Assembly: GCA_965637545.1 (NCBI GenBank) | Contig: OZ281495.1 | Span: forward strand, 28,396,001-28,460,000 | Length of the DNA: 64,000 nucleotides | Direction of reading: 5' to 3' | Origin: Phallusia mammillata | Taxonomy: Eukaryota | In this document: positions 52,701 through 63,391 of the stretch, piece after piece | Layout of the letters: the number at the start of each line of letters is the position of its first letter | How positions within the stretch are numbered: position 1 is the first letter of the stretch | Made by a program: the position numbers and the translations under genes | Notes under the pieces: model-generated | Database searches by the model: none | What the model was told of the DNA's origin: nothing | What the model saw: only the letters and a program-made list of their open reading frames with translations

Positions 52701-53683
52701 CTGGTTGTGCGTTTATCATGCGTGTATACTGTGCCGGCTATGAAGTCATATTTGTAGGTGAATTAGACTTGTGTTGGTTTGTTTTCCATGTCTACAGCCT
52801 GTTGTTTAGGCACTCACTCCCTCGAATTATTTCTGCAATAATTTAAAGCGAGCTTATTTTTATCAGATTGGTCGCCACATGAAGCCGCTATTATGCATAA
52901 AAGAAACGCAACTACCTGATACTACACATTTTAAGGTTGGTGTAGCTTTCTTGTCAAGCAATATGTATGTTTTACACGAATCAACGACAACAATGTGGTT
53001 GTAGTATATAACGTGAAGTTAACAAATATTATAAGATATTTTTTCTCTGATAAAATTCACTGTCAAACTGTGTTGTTTTATGTATCACACTCTTTTCACA
53101 TCTTATAGACAATGAAATAATTGTGTGGAGACTGTAAATTGACTTTCCACGTGTACGCTGTATTTAAGTGCTAGGTTATTTATTGGTGTTTTCAAGTTTG
53201 TAAAAGTATTTCTTTTTTAGAGGTTTTCGCCCAACTACAAAATGTTTCTTTCCATCTACAGCAAGTTATCGTCCACTATTTCCATCATACAACTTACAAG
53301 TGTCGCTAAAAGGTAGGTTAGATGTCAAGCTATCTTGTAATAGTTATCAGTTATTAGCTAATTTGTTGAAAAAGTTTAAATGTGTTGTGTGCACGTTTAC
53401 GTTTGGTTAGGTTTCTAAAGTTGCCGTGACTGTCTTATAAAACCCATTAAAATAAAGATCGCATTATATAGTGTTTACTGTGAAAATATAAAAAGAATCT
53501 AACGTTTATTTTACTTGCCCGTTATCTGCTAAGAAAAGATAATGTTGCTAATGAAGTGTCATTAAATTTAGTGCGTGATTTACGTTTCACAAAGGTATAC
53601 TTGATTTATGTGGATGGTAGTTAATCGTTTCTCTACCTAACAGAATTGCCAAGGAACATTATACATATCTCGAATTAACTACA

Positions 53684-53902
53684 ATGGGAAATACCGTGTC
53701 AGTTTCATTCTGCGGATTAAAGGAAATCGAGGTGAAGGGAAACGCTACCGGTTTCTTCGGAGTGTTGGTACTTGGAGCCATTTCGACAAGTGGTCTTGTA
53801 ATTTCTGGGGCAGTTGGAGTTGTATATTTACTACGTGATGTAGTTGGAAATGTTTTAAAGGAGGTCGGGCGAGATTTGTTTGCCAAATACTTGGGTTTAT
53901 AA
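53684..53902 (+). CDS. Gly-rich hydrophobic microprotein (72 aa) with an N-myristoylation-like start (MGNTVS)
   Basis: Intact ORF; splice acceptor ctaacag at 53637-53643 upstream; AATAAA at 54042-54047; alignable paralog at 63392-63583. Confidence 0.6.
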   Translation: MGNTVSVSFCGLKEIEVKGNATGFFGVLVLGAISTSGLVISGAVGVVYLLRDVVGNVLKEVGRDLFAKYLGL

Positions 53903-54099
53903 ACGATTTCAAACAACGTAGAAAAAAGCCCCAATGTAATCCCCGTAGTCATTTCTAACCCATTGCACATTCCACTTTCCTTGAATTATGTATATGTATG
54001 TTGTTGAAACAGTTTTGTTATTAAACGAATCTCCCGCAGACAATAAAATGTACAAAAGAAAGATTCTTGCTTCTGATCAGTATAGTATTGGACTGTTTC

Positions 54100-55127
54100 A
54101 TAAAAACAGATAAAAGCATAAATCGTTTCTTTTAATAACAGAAATATATATTTCGCCTTAATAAATAGGCATCGTCAGTTTCTGCAAAAAAGCAAACATG
54201 TAAGGGGCTGTCGGTAAAAGTAGTAAAAAATAAAATAGTTAAAACACTTATAAAATTTAAAACTGTACAAATTAAACAACTGTGAAGCACAGAGGCAAAC
54301 CACGACTAGCGAGTGGCCACAAGCGACACGAGAAAAGGCAAGAAAAAAGAGACGTGATAAACTGATAAGCCATTAAAAAACACGGTGGGAAGTAAATAAA
54401 CCTCTAGGCGTGAAGAAACAAAACATTAAGGGGTAGAAACACAAAAATGGGATTACCTCACGCGCGGCAGAATCATTTTTTGTATGTTAATTTCGGCCTT
54501 GATTTTGTTCAGCCATTTATCTTCAAAAATATCTAAAAGATTTGGTGAAGGCATTTGCACAAACACAACATAAAAACACAGGTGGATGTGCGGTTTACGC
54601 TTTAATATCGCACTATGGTTCTCCGCGTAGTGGCGCAGTAGCGCAGTAGCGCAGCTCGGTCATTGTTTGCCGAGCAGTCGAACGTTTTCCAAGTGGCGCG
54701 ATGGGTATTCCACCGTGTGGAGAACTTGTTCTTGGTTTGACCAACATATTGCTTGCCACACTTGCGGCAAGTGGCCACATAAATGCCGTAGTTGCGACAT
54801 GTTAGATTTTGGCGAAGTTGGATACTGCCTGTGGGCGTTTTTAAAACGGTGGTATGGTACACCATAGTTTGGTGACTACCAAAATTGCCACATAGTGCGC
54901 ATTTTCCGCATGGACTTGAAGAGCCTGTGCCGTTGTCTTTGCCTGCCTTACTGATGGACAAAGCTTTGAAGTTGGATAGAAAGTGTGCCAGTGTGGGTGG
55001 CCTTTTGTATGTAATAGAAGCCAAAGGTTCCATAGCTTTCTCTTTTTGAGTCAATAAAACACAAGCAGGGAATGCCGTAGCCCAAACAATTCGATTTTGA
55101 GGTCTATTTTTGTCTTCCGGCCCAAAC
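54100..55127 (-). mobile_element. 5'-truncated Penelope-like retroelement (GIY-YIG endonuclease region plus 3' end)
   Basis: Translation ITYKRPPTL..PCGKCALCG..H..NLTCRNYGIYVATCRKCGKQYVGQT..RWNTHR..AALLR matches the Cys/His-rich linker and GIY-YIG domain of PLEs. After removing an 8-bp duplication it continues ..LDIFEDKWLNKIKAEINIQKMILPRVR* (stop at 54453-54455). A hammerhead motif lies downstream. The lower boundary is approximate. Confidence 0.85.
54139..54184 (-). ncRNA. Minimal type I hammerhead ribozyme in the Penelope-like element 3' region
   Basis: Minus strand CAGAAA-CUGACGA-U-GCCU(auuuauua)AGGC-GAAA-UAUA-UA-UUUCUG: both core boxes, a 4-bp stem II, a 6-bp stem I and a vestigial palindromic stem III. 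Confidence 0.75.
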
Positions 55128-55234
55128 CTTGTCGAAATGGCTCCAAGTACCAACACTCCGAAGAAACCGGTAGCGTTTCCCTTCACCTCGATTTCCTTCA
55201 ATCCGCAGAATGAAACTGACACGGTATTTCCCAT
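54602..55234 (-). CDS. Chimeric ORF (210 aa): 35-aa host microprotein N-terminus fused in frame to a PLE GIY-YIG endonuclease fragment
   Basis: The first 35 codons are identical to 53684-53788; the junction codon AG|G is at 55128/55127. An 8-bp tandem duplication (gcgcagta, 54633-54648) truncates the endonuclease C-terminus. Expression is unproven. Confidence 0.55.
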   Translation of the reverse strand: MGNTVSVSFCGLKEIEVKGNATGFFGVLVLGAISTRFGPEDKNRPQNRIVWATAFPACVLLTQKEKAMEPLASITYKRPPTLAHFLSNFKALSISKAGKDNGTGSSSPCGKCALCGNFGSHQTMVYHTTVLKTPTGSIQLRQNLTCRNYGIYVATCRKCGKQYVGQTKNKFSTRWNTHRATWKTFDCSANNDRAALLRYCATTRRTIVRY

Positions 55235-56499
55235 TGTAGTTAATTCGAGATATGTATAATGTTCCTTGGCAATTCTGTTAGGTAGAGAAACGATTAACTA
55301 CCATCCACATAAATCAAGTATACCTTTGTGAAACGTAAATCACGCACTAAATTTAATGACACTTCATTAGCAACATTATCTTTTCTTAGCAGATAACGGG
55401 CAAGTAAAATAAACGTTAGATTATTTTTATATTTTCACAGTAAACACTATATAATGCAATCTTTATTTTAATGGGTTTTATAAGACAGTCACGGCAACTT
55501 TAGAAACCTAACCAAACGTAAACGTGCACACAACACATTTAAACTTTTTCAACAAATTAGCTAATAACTGATAACTATTACAAGATAGCTTGACATCTAA
55601 CCTACCTTTTAGCGACACTTGAAAGTTGTACTGTTGGAGCAGTTGCAGAAGCCTAAAAAACGCGGAGGTGAAGTTTGGGTAAACATTAGCGTATCAACTT
55701 CTTCAGGCTCCAGCGTGTAAAGTCAGTAGAACAACTAATCAACAATAAGATCGTAAAAAGCAATCGAAATCACTAAGCCTTTTTACATGAGCGAATCGAA
55801 TCGTATCGTTGATGCGCATTGTGTGACGTCACGATTTCGATTCGCTAAAGCGTAAAATTACATGGTTGCCGAACCGAATCGCATTCAAGGGTTCAGCTTT
55901 GCGCAAAAACGATATGGTGGTCATTGCAAAGTGATATTCAAAGATAAGGCCGGATAATTGTTAATTTTAAAGTATTTTTAGACTTTTAGTCTATTCTTCC
56001 GAAAAAAATCTGAATTAATTTGTGTGCAGCAGTTGTTTGCGTCGAGTTTAGACATACCAAATGTATGAATTTGTTTATTGTGAACAGTTAAACCCTCAGG
56101 AATAGTTGGAAGAAATATTCAAAGTGTATAGATCACTCTGACTTCATTGTCCAATAGTAATAAGTGCTGATTTCTAAGTTGTACGTACTAAAACTGTTTT
56201 ACATTTCCAGGCCATGTAGCACATAAAAAAAATTCTTTATATGACTGTACAAATCTATTAAATTTGTTTCATTAGAATCTATTGTGGGTTATATGTATAA
56301 AAAACGACTAATTTGTATAAATTTGCACCAGTTGGACGAAAAACTCGATTAAATATGTAACTTATGGACCGTCCGTTCAGTGTATGGACCGTTCGTTCAG
56401 TATTAGCTACAAATTTCCCCGTTACTTTCGGCACCAAATTAAACAAACAACATATGGTTTCAAGTTGACGTAATTGTTCACAAAAGAGTTCTCCTAAGC

Positions 56500-57036
56500 C
56501 AGGGGTGCCCAACACGTGGCACGCGTGCCAAATGTGGCACGCAGAGCATTTTAATATGGCACTCGAGCTTTTGCTAGTATTAAATAGATACAGTATTAAA
56601 TAGCTTATCATTTATTGGCTCATATGCTTTTACATAAATAGATACACATTGTGATTTCTCACCCTACCAACTTTTTGTCTATTTTCTGAATTTCACAAAC
56701 AAGTTTACTTGCATTTGACATGCGAACTTTCCCTTGACGAGTCTATTTAACGTTCTACATATTAGCCGAATATTCGGAATTGCCCCCAATCGGTAATAAG
56801 TTAGGAAGATTTAACAACCTTCTGTTTCGTCTGGGAAAACCGGCAAAGGGTAACAATAGTAGCCTACACGTGACAAGCTGGGCTACAAACTGTAGTGAAG
56901 ATGTGGACGCGTAGGGAAGAGCACAATAATTGTCCAGTAAAATATCCCGTGTTTACAAAAAAGACCAAACTTTGGCACGCGAGTTTTTTTGATAACCAAA
57001 ATTGGCACGGCATTGTTTTCGAGTTGGACACCCCTG
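56500..57036. mobile_element. Non-autonomous hAT-type element (537 bp)
   Basis: TIRs caggggtgcccaac / gttggacacccctg; perfect 8-bp TSD tcctaagc. Confidence 0.88.
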
Positions 57037-57055
57037 TCCTAAGCGTATTGGCGCC

Positions 57056-57178
57056 TAAGCGTATTCAAACCACCTGTGCCGAGCGCATCGAGAATCGGAG
57101 AAGTCTAATACGCTTTGCCTTTTTTCTTTTTCGAAAACGAGAGAAATGCGTATCGAATAAGCGTATCGAATACGCTTA
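57056..57178. mobile_element. Short putative MITE adjoining the hAT element
   Basis: Terminal inverted repeat taagcgtattc / gaatacgctta with an internal gcgtatcgaat repeat; no clear TSD. Confidence 0.4.
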
Positions 57179-57959
57179 AACGCTCGGACTTCCTAAATTA
57201 AGTGATTCTAAATGTGTAAGTATAAATTATTTCTCCACCGATTCCTAAATAAATTAAAGCTGGAGACTAAAGGGCTAATATTCCCTGAAACTAATACGGC
57301 GTTTGCACGGTTATTTATTTGGAATAACGACAAATGACTCCACACTTGAACAAACTACAGACCATTAGTTTGTTTGATGCTTCCTTCCACGACTTAACCT
57401 AAAGATTTCGATGTTTGCATTTCGATTTAGATACAAACCACCATGTACAACTGGATGTGGTCACTAATGCAGCTGTTGCTTGAGGTTGGGATGTTTACCG
57501 TCGGTTATATAGCTTAACGCAGATGTTTTTTAGTTGTGGGCATTGTGTATGATGAAAACTGGTAACAAAACCAGATATTGTAGTGCACTGAATCACATTC
57601 AGTTTTTAAAACGCGTTGATTATGTCACGAAATTTAACTTAACGATCTTTCATTGTATTACTGACTATACGATCGTCATCAAATTGTGTTCATAATTATT
57701 GTTTATAAATTACGAGACTTTGGTAATTGCAAACCAGCTAAATGCTTTTCTCCCCTTTATTACTTTATTCTTGCCTTTAATAATATCACAAGCTTCATTT
57801 TAACCGCTCCCTTGCGAGAAAGCAACTTTATTTGGAGCTGTGTAACAGCTGTGTTCTTGTTTGATCTATGAGAAAAATCAATCATCCCATTTAAACATTA
57901 TCATGATTCAGTAAAAAACAAAACCGTCGAAATATCTGATTAATAAAAGACCCCTTCAT

Positions 57960-58172
57960 TCATTCCAAAGTTTTACGCCTGCTTCTTTCGCCGCAACTGT
58001 CCACCACTTTGTGTATCACAACCCCAATCAGCACGAGTGCCACCATATTCAGAGCGCCGTTTATGCCAGTTCTCCCCCTAGCCGTAAGAAGAGCCCACTG
58101 ACCCAATTTAAGCAAAAGCAATGGTATTGGTTCACTCTTACTATCAGTTTTTGCTTCAGATTGCTCAGTCAT
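57960..58172 (-). CDS. Putative single-TM microprotein (70 aa), possible distant family member (copy G)
   Basis: MTEQSEAKTDSKSEPIPLLLLKLGQWALLTARGRTGINGALNMVALVLIGVVIHKVVDSCGERSRRKTLE*: hydrophobic stretch followed by a basic tail, with an (L/F)GQ motif like copies B and C. The upstream region falls in an assembly gap. Confidence 0.4.
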   Translation of the reverse strand: MTEQSEAKTDSKSEPIPLLLLKLGQWALLTARGRTGINGALNMVALVLIGVVIHKVVDSCGERSRRKTLE

Positions 58173-58241
58173 TTTCACAATTGTTTAAGAATGCTCGTGC
58201 TTCCTCTCTCGTTCGTAAACAGACCTCTCTCTCTCACACAG

Positions 58242-58380
58242 NNNNNNNNNNNNNNNNNNNNNNNNNNNNNNNNNNNNNNNNNNNNNNNNNNNNNNNNNNN
58301 NNNNNNNNNNNNNNNNNNNNNNNNNNNNNNNNNNNNNNNNNNNNNNNNNNNNNNNNNNNNNNNNNNNNNNNNNNNNNNNN
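58242..58380. other. Assembly gap (139 N)
   Basis: Run of N characters. Confidence 1.
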
Positions 58381-61242
58381 GTTTCTGATAAAGCATTTTT
58401 TTATTCGTCTTTAACTAACTATTTGAGCATTAGTTCAAAGACACCTGAAATAATGCAAATGCACACTGTTTTGTTTTCTATACGTGGCAAAAAAATGCAT
58501 TGAATAGTTTCCAACAGCTTTTTAAAGGCAGCTTTGCGGTTTTGGGATTTTAAGCAGTAATTAAAGAATGCAGCTGCTCCTATCATTCGTATCTGATGGG
58601 TCGCATTTCAATTAAAGCAATTGTCGTTTTAAAAGAGGTTTTACAGATAGTTCTCACTCGACAATTATTTTTTTACCCACAGAGGACCTGAAAGCTAGTT
58701 GAAGAGTTGTTTGGACTTGTTGAAACCTTTTTTGCGTTCACCAATCTTGTGGCATAGTTGTAAAAATGCTGTTTAAGAAACATTCTAAACCGTAAGTTAA
58801 ATTTTTTCCTTCACAAATTAGTCTACATAACCTTATTTTTGTCATGGTACCTCCTGCTGTTTTGCTTCTCTTTCTGGGGGACACAAATACCCCGGGTAAC
58901 GAAACAAGAAACTGTGTTTGATTGTTGTGCGATTTCTAGACTGATTTTGAGCATGGGACAGCAAAAGTTACGGTTCGTGAAGATCATTTTAAAAATACCA
59001 AACGCCATATTTCTTTGCGAATAATGGCTTAGAAACCACTTCTTTTAGCTATGTTTCATCATCATTGACTTGTGCTTGGTCCGCATGTTGATCAGGCTGG
59101 ACGTTTCCAAATCACAGTACCAATATGAACAAAATTTACCTTTGGAGATAAAAGTTACATTAGTCAAGCATGGCCGTTGGTAAGAGGTCTGCTGCTTTCG
59201 ATTTATTGCACTAAAGAGTCCATTTCCTGTTTTGGTATGCTAACCAAAAATTGGGCACATAAACAACAGTTATAAATACAACAAAGGTAATGTAAAGAAA
59301 GTGTTTGTTGTTGAAGCATTATGTTTGTTTCACTCTAAAAACTGATTTGAGTGTGGATGCAATGTCTTTTGCTATATCCAACATATGATTAAAATTAGAA
59401 CTCGCAATGTCAGCGATGCAAACTTTTCGGTTACGGTTAGTGACAGTACAATTAAGCTCCAAGTAATTTTACTCCATGGCTTTTTTCCTACAAAATTATA
59501 TTGCAAAATCTGTCGAGTTATTGCCAGGTTGCCGCTTTGTAACCAAATCAGGCCATTTATGGACATCAAGTTGTGCTGTTTCAAAAGTTATTTTTGTTAC
59601 ATGCTTTTAGACATTTCTTTCGCCTTTTTTTTGCATTTACATATGTTTCTCTAAAGAAATAGTGGCTGTTTTAAGAACACTTAAGTTGATGAACAAATGT
59701 AATTATACCATCTTCAGTCCTAGCGTTATACTGCCTGCAAATAATTAAACGTTTCAATTCCAATGTCAGTTTAGTCACTAAACTTTAGTGGGTGGCAGCA
59801 CAGCCAAAAGTGGGTTTAGCGTCACTTAGATTCCGTATTAGCAATGTGATTTTACCTTTCACTACATCATTTGTTAGTTGTAAAAGGTTTCTTTGAATAC
59901 TTTTTCCTTTCAATCGTACTGCTCTAGCCAAAATGCCTTAGCTACCCACAGTGTGAGTTTATTTGTGTTCAGTCATTCCGAAATAAATGTTTGCTTTTAG
60001 CGCGAATAGCTCAGCACGCCACCGTGGTGCAGTATTACCTACACTCTCACTCCTCCGGTAGACATAGAAATCAAGTATAGGCTGGTTCAGTAATAATTGT
60101 AATTTGCATTGTTCTAATTTTCGGTTGAAAGCTTTAGAGCGTTACCTTTGACGTAGAATAACACAATACATTAAAACAGTAAACTCCTGCAAACTGGTAA
60201 TGCTACAAAAACATTAGATGTTAGAATTTGACAAAATACGCATTCGTTTCTTTTTTTTCTGGGTGTGCTTTGGGCTTGCAAACAGGCGCTTTATTTTCAC
60301 AAGGCTCAGTTTACGAAAGCTAATAAAGTTGTCTATAAGCTGTTCTTAAACCTAAGCTATATAATAACGAACATTTTTAGTTTGTTTGTGAGCTACCGGG
60401 GTAGTTGCGACTTGGTGAGTGCAACTTGTCGGGAAAAGTTTATTAAGCGAACTGTACTCTGACAATCCACATTATTGCTCCGTTGAGTTCATTTTGCTTA
60501 TTAGCCAGTGGTAAACGATTGGTTTAACTTAAACTTTCCACATTCCTTTCATTTTGTTGTTTTTACCTGGCTTTCGCAAAACGGTCGTATGTTTAAAAGT
60601 TGTTCTTCCGCTCTAATTGGTGCATTTTGTAAATATAAATTTGCAGAACATTTCGTAAATATAAATTTGCAGAACATTTCGTAAATATAAATTTGCTGAC
60701 ATGTAGCTTGTCAATGGAACTTTCATGTACTGTTTCTGTTTCTATTTTGAAACATTTGCGAATAGATACCGAACACTTTTCCTCATTAAAATGTGTCATA
60801 AAATAAGAAAACCAACACTGAGGACACTCTGTTAAAAGTTCTGTTGAAAGTCAGACAATTAACGTTATAATATAAATTTAAAAACTAAATTTAGAGGTGG
60901 TAAACATTGTGTGCAGTCTAAAAATAATTCTTGGTACATGCGATAAACAACAACATTTTAAATGGGTTACATTAATATAATGGATCCTTATTTATTTACA
61001 CTTACACAATGTTTGAAATAAAGGTATACAGCACCACTGATTTTAGATAACTTGCTGCAGTTACTATTAACACATGCAGATATGACACTGTATGTTCTAT
61101 GCGTATGTGTGAAGTCACTCTCTAATCGAATATAATTAAGTTTGAAAACTTTTCGCGCAAAAACATATGGACCTAGCAGATATTACTTTAGCAAACCTAA
61201 ACAGCAAATATAATTTGTAAAGCTTGTTTGAACTAAAAATTG

Positions 61243-61660
61243 TCACTGAATATTGCAATCGTCGCGCCTTATTGCTGTATCAAACTCAAACATTGGTTTC
61301 TCTCTTCTCCTGCTTTCTGCACTTTCGATTTGAAGTTGTTCTCGTCGATGAAGTAACTCGAATTGCCTTTCCGATGCTCTGCAAAAATCGTCTCTTTTTC
61401 GTTCTTCCAAAACTAACTCAGCTTGTCTAATGGTGTGTTGCCGTTCTTGCTTCCGTTCCTTGGCTTCCAGTTTAGCTTGTTATTTTGTTCCTTTGCGCCT
61501 CTTGTTGTGTCTTCTCCAGCTCGATTATGTAACCACCGATGATGATTGCAAGCAAAAAAATACATACAGCAACGAAAAACAAGGACATAGCATAGTTACT
61601 AATTCCGATGTAAAAGTTTCCAAATCCAGCAAAAAATGCCTCATCTCTGATTTCCCCCAT
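61243..61660 (-). pseudogene. TM + charged helix + CaaX microprotein, copy F (138 aa if one extra A is removed)
   Basis: MGEIRDEAFFAGFGNFYIGISNYAMSLFFVAVCIFLLAIIIGGYIIELEKTQQEAQRNKI / QAKLEAKERKQERQHTIRQAELVLEERKRDDFCRASERQFELLHRREQLQIESAESRRREKPMFEFDTAIRRDDCNIQ*, with a +1 shift near 61480. Confidence 0.6.
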
Positions 61661-63391
61661 TGCGTCTATGCTTAGACTGGTAAGATTGACACAAGAATTA
61701 AGTGTTAACAATATACAGTTTTCAGTTTAGGAAGTATTTACAAAGTAGCCTTAGACATCTGAAAACACAGTAGACATCTGAAAATATCTAAAGAAAGCAA
61801 AGTCAATAATCACACACAATATAGTTACACATTATGTTGATACCTGCAAACCTAAAAGGGCTGCCCAATTGTCTAGAGGTGCATTACAGTTCACATATGA
61901 GTCTACTTTTGTCAGCTCCAAAACAGCGAGCTAAGCCGAACAGGTTAAACATGACGAAGGCTACGGATGACAGAACATGCTACTGCAATATTTCATTTTC
62001 TTTGCAACTGTTCAAACTTTGTAATTGCTGTACACTGTTTTGTTACTCGCTTTTCCTTTAGCAAACGTAACACAATTCAACATTCAGCACTAATGATAGA
62101 ATAGTTTGGTTCAGTTTAGAAAAGTCAGAAAATTGCTGCTTTCCAAATTTATGGATTGCTGAGTAAACAACATGAAAGGTTTACAGGAGAAAGGGATACT
62201 TTGATGGTGATCTTTTATCGTATTTTATGACGAATGCGTGTTTGCGCTTCAAAGGGCATCGACTTTATATATAAAGCAGCGTTTGCCTATTTGACAACAT
62301 GTACAACAACTTTTATTAAAATTATTAGTTGGATAATATTGCAGCAGACTAGCCTAACAGCTGTCTAACGTTGTTGAACCCTTCACACGTAAGCAACCCC
62401 AATTCAGCTAGTGCTTCTATCTTTATTCCGAAAGGTTAATGATCTAAAGAAAAGCATTTGCGATACTTAATCAAGGGCCAATCTGAAAATGTAACCAGGC
62501 GTGTACTAAAATAAACCAAACAACTTGAACGCCTTGGTTTGTTCTGGGGTTTTAGTTGAATTTTAGTTGAATAGCCCTGCAAATAACGAAAGATGACTGC
62601 TTTGAACTGATGGCTTCAGTCTTCGAACGCTTTTTAACTCTCACATCCACCAGCTTTTAGGAAAAGCAAATAAGCTTGACTAGACTGTCCGCCTACAATC
62701 AATTTCCAGACATGGCACTTCAGGCTATGACACGAAACAACGGTTTTCCATCGGGGGAATTCCCGACCAAAAGCGTTAAATTTGTGCAGTCAACCATTGC
62801 TGGCTTTACGTGGTTAAAAGGCTCTACTTGCCCCTTCAACGAGATTGCAACATTTTAAAGACCTTTTTTCTAACGTCTATATTTTCTCGCTTCCATTGAT
62901 ATTAATTAGCATAGATGTAAACCCAATGCTATACCAGCTGCATCCCATGTTTTTCGTAGTGATGTGTTTATGACGTCGCCGTTGCGAGTCTCATTATAGA
63001 TCGTTGCCCAAACAATAAATAAAAAACTTTGCTAAACTTACCTAAAAGCTATAAGCACAGCCCATGGAATGTCAAACCAATTTATAACTATATATCAATA
63101 TGTCGAAAGTAATTCAAAACTGCAATTTTGGATTTGAGATATTGATTTAAGATTTTGTACACAAAAGCAAAGGTATAATAAAATATAAGGTTTTCAAGTA
63201 GATCTTCCTTTCTTTCCAGATCCACAGATGCACTGTCAACTAAACACCTATGGACCTTTATTATTTTATTGAATTGAAAATCATACGATTTCTATGACTG
63301 ATTTGGTGATCAAACGAAAAAGGCAAATAGCACACTATAATGTGCATAAGCGAACACGGTAGTAAGGTCGCTACACCATAATTTTAGGATT

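Larger units (their letters stand above)
53288..55630. repeat. 503-bp near-perfect inverted duplication (53288-53790 / 55128-55630) with a 1337-bp spacer
   Basis: Ends pair with a constant coordinate sum (108918, no net indel). Only a few substitutions were seen by eye. Confidence 0.95.
37150..63250. repeat. Interspersed/tandem segmental duplications of a 2-3 kb block (at least 5 copies) that carry the microprotein genes
   Basis: Marker gattaacctaacagctgtctagcgttgta (or variant) at about 39430, 39813, 45167, 47508, 50807 and 62347. Marker gactagactgtccgcctac at about 40396, 45774, 48264 (partial), 51382 and 62678. Also 33.5-35.1 kb resembles 52.2-53.1 kb. Copy boundaries are approximate. Confidence 0.85.

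Noticed and set aside
60629-60696. 26-bp x 2.6 tandem repeat and other short local duplications (e.g. near 3641, 27500, 34075)
   Set aside because: Ordinary slippage duplications with no further structure.
45625-62858. ORFs in the shared duplicated block (45625-45861 minus, 62676-62858 plus) as a conserved coding exon
   Set aside because: The reading frame is not preserved among the five copies (indels and stops) on either strand. It may still be UTR or regulatory sequence.
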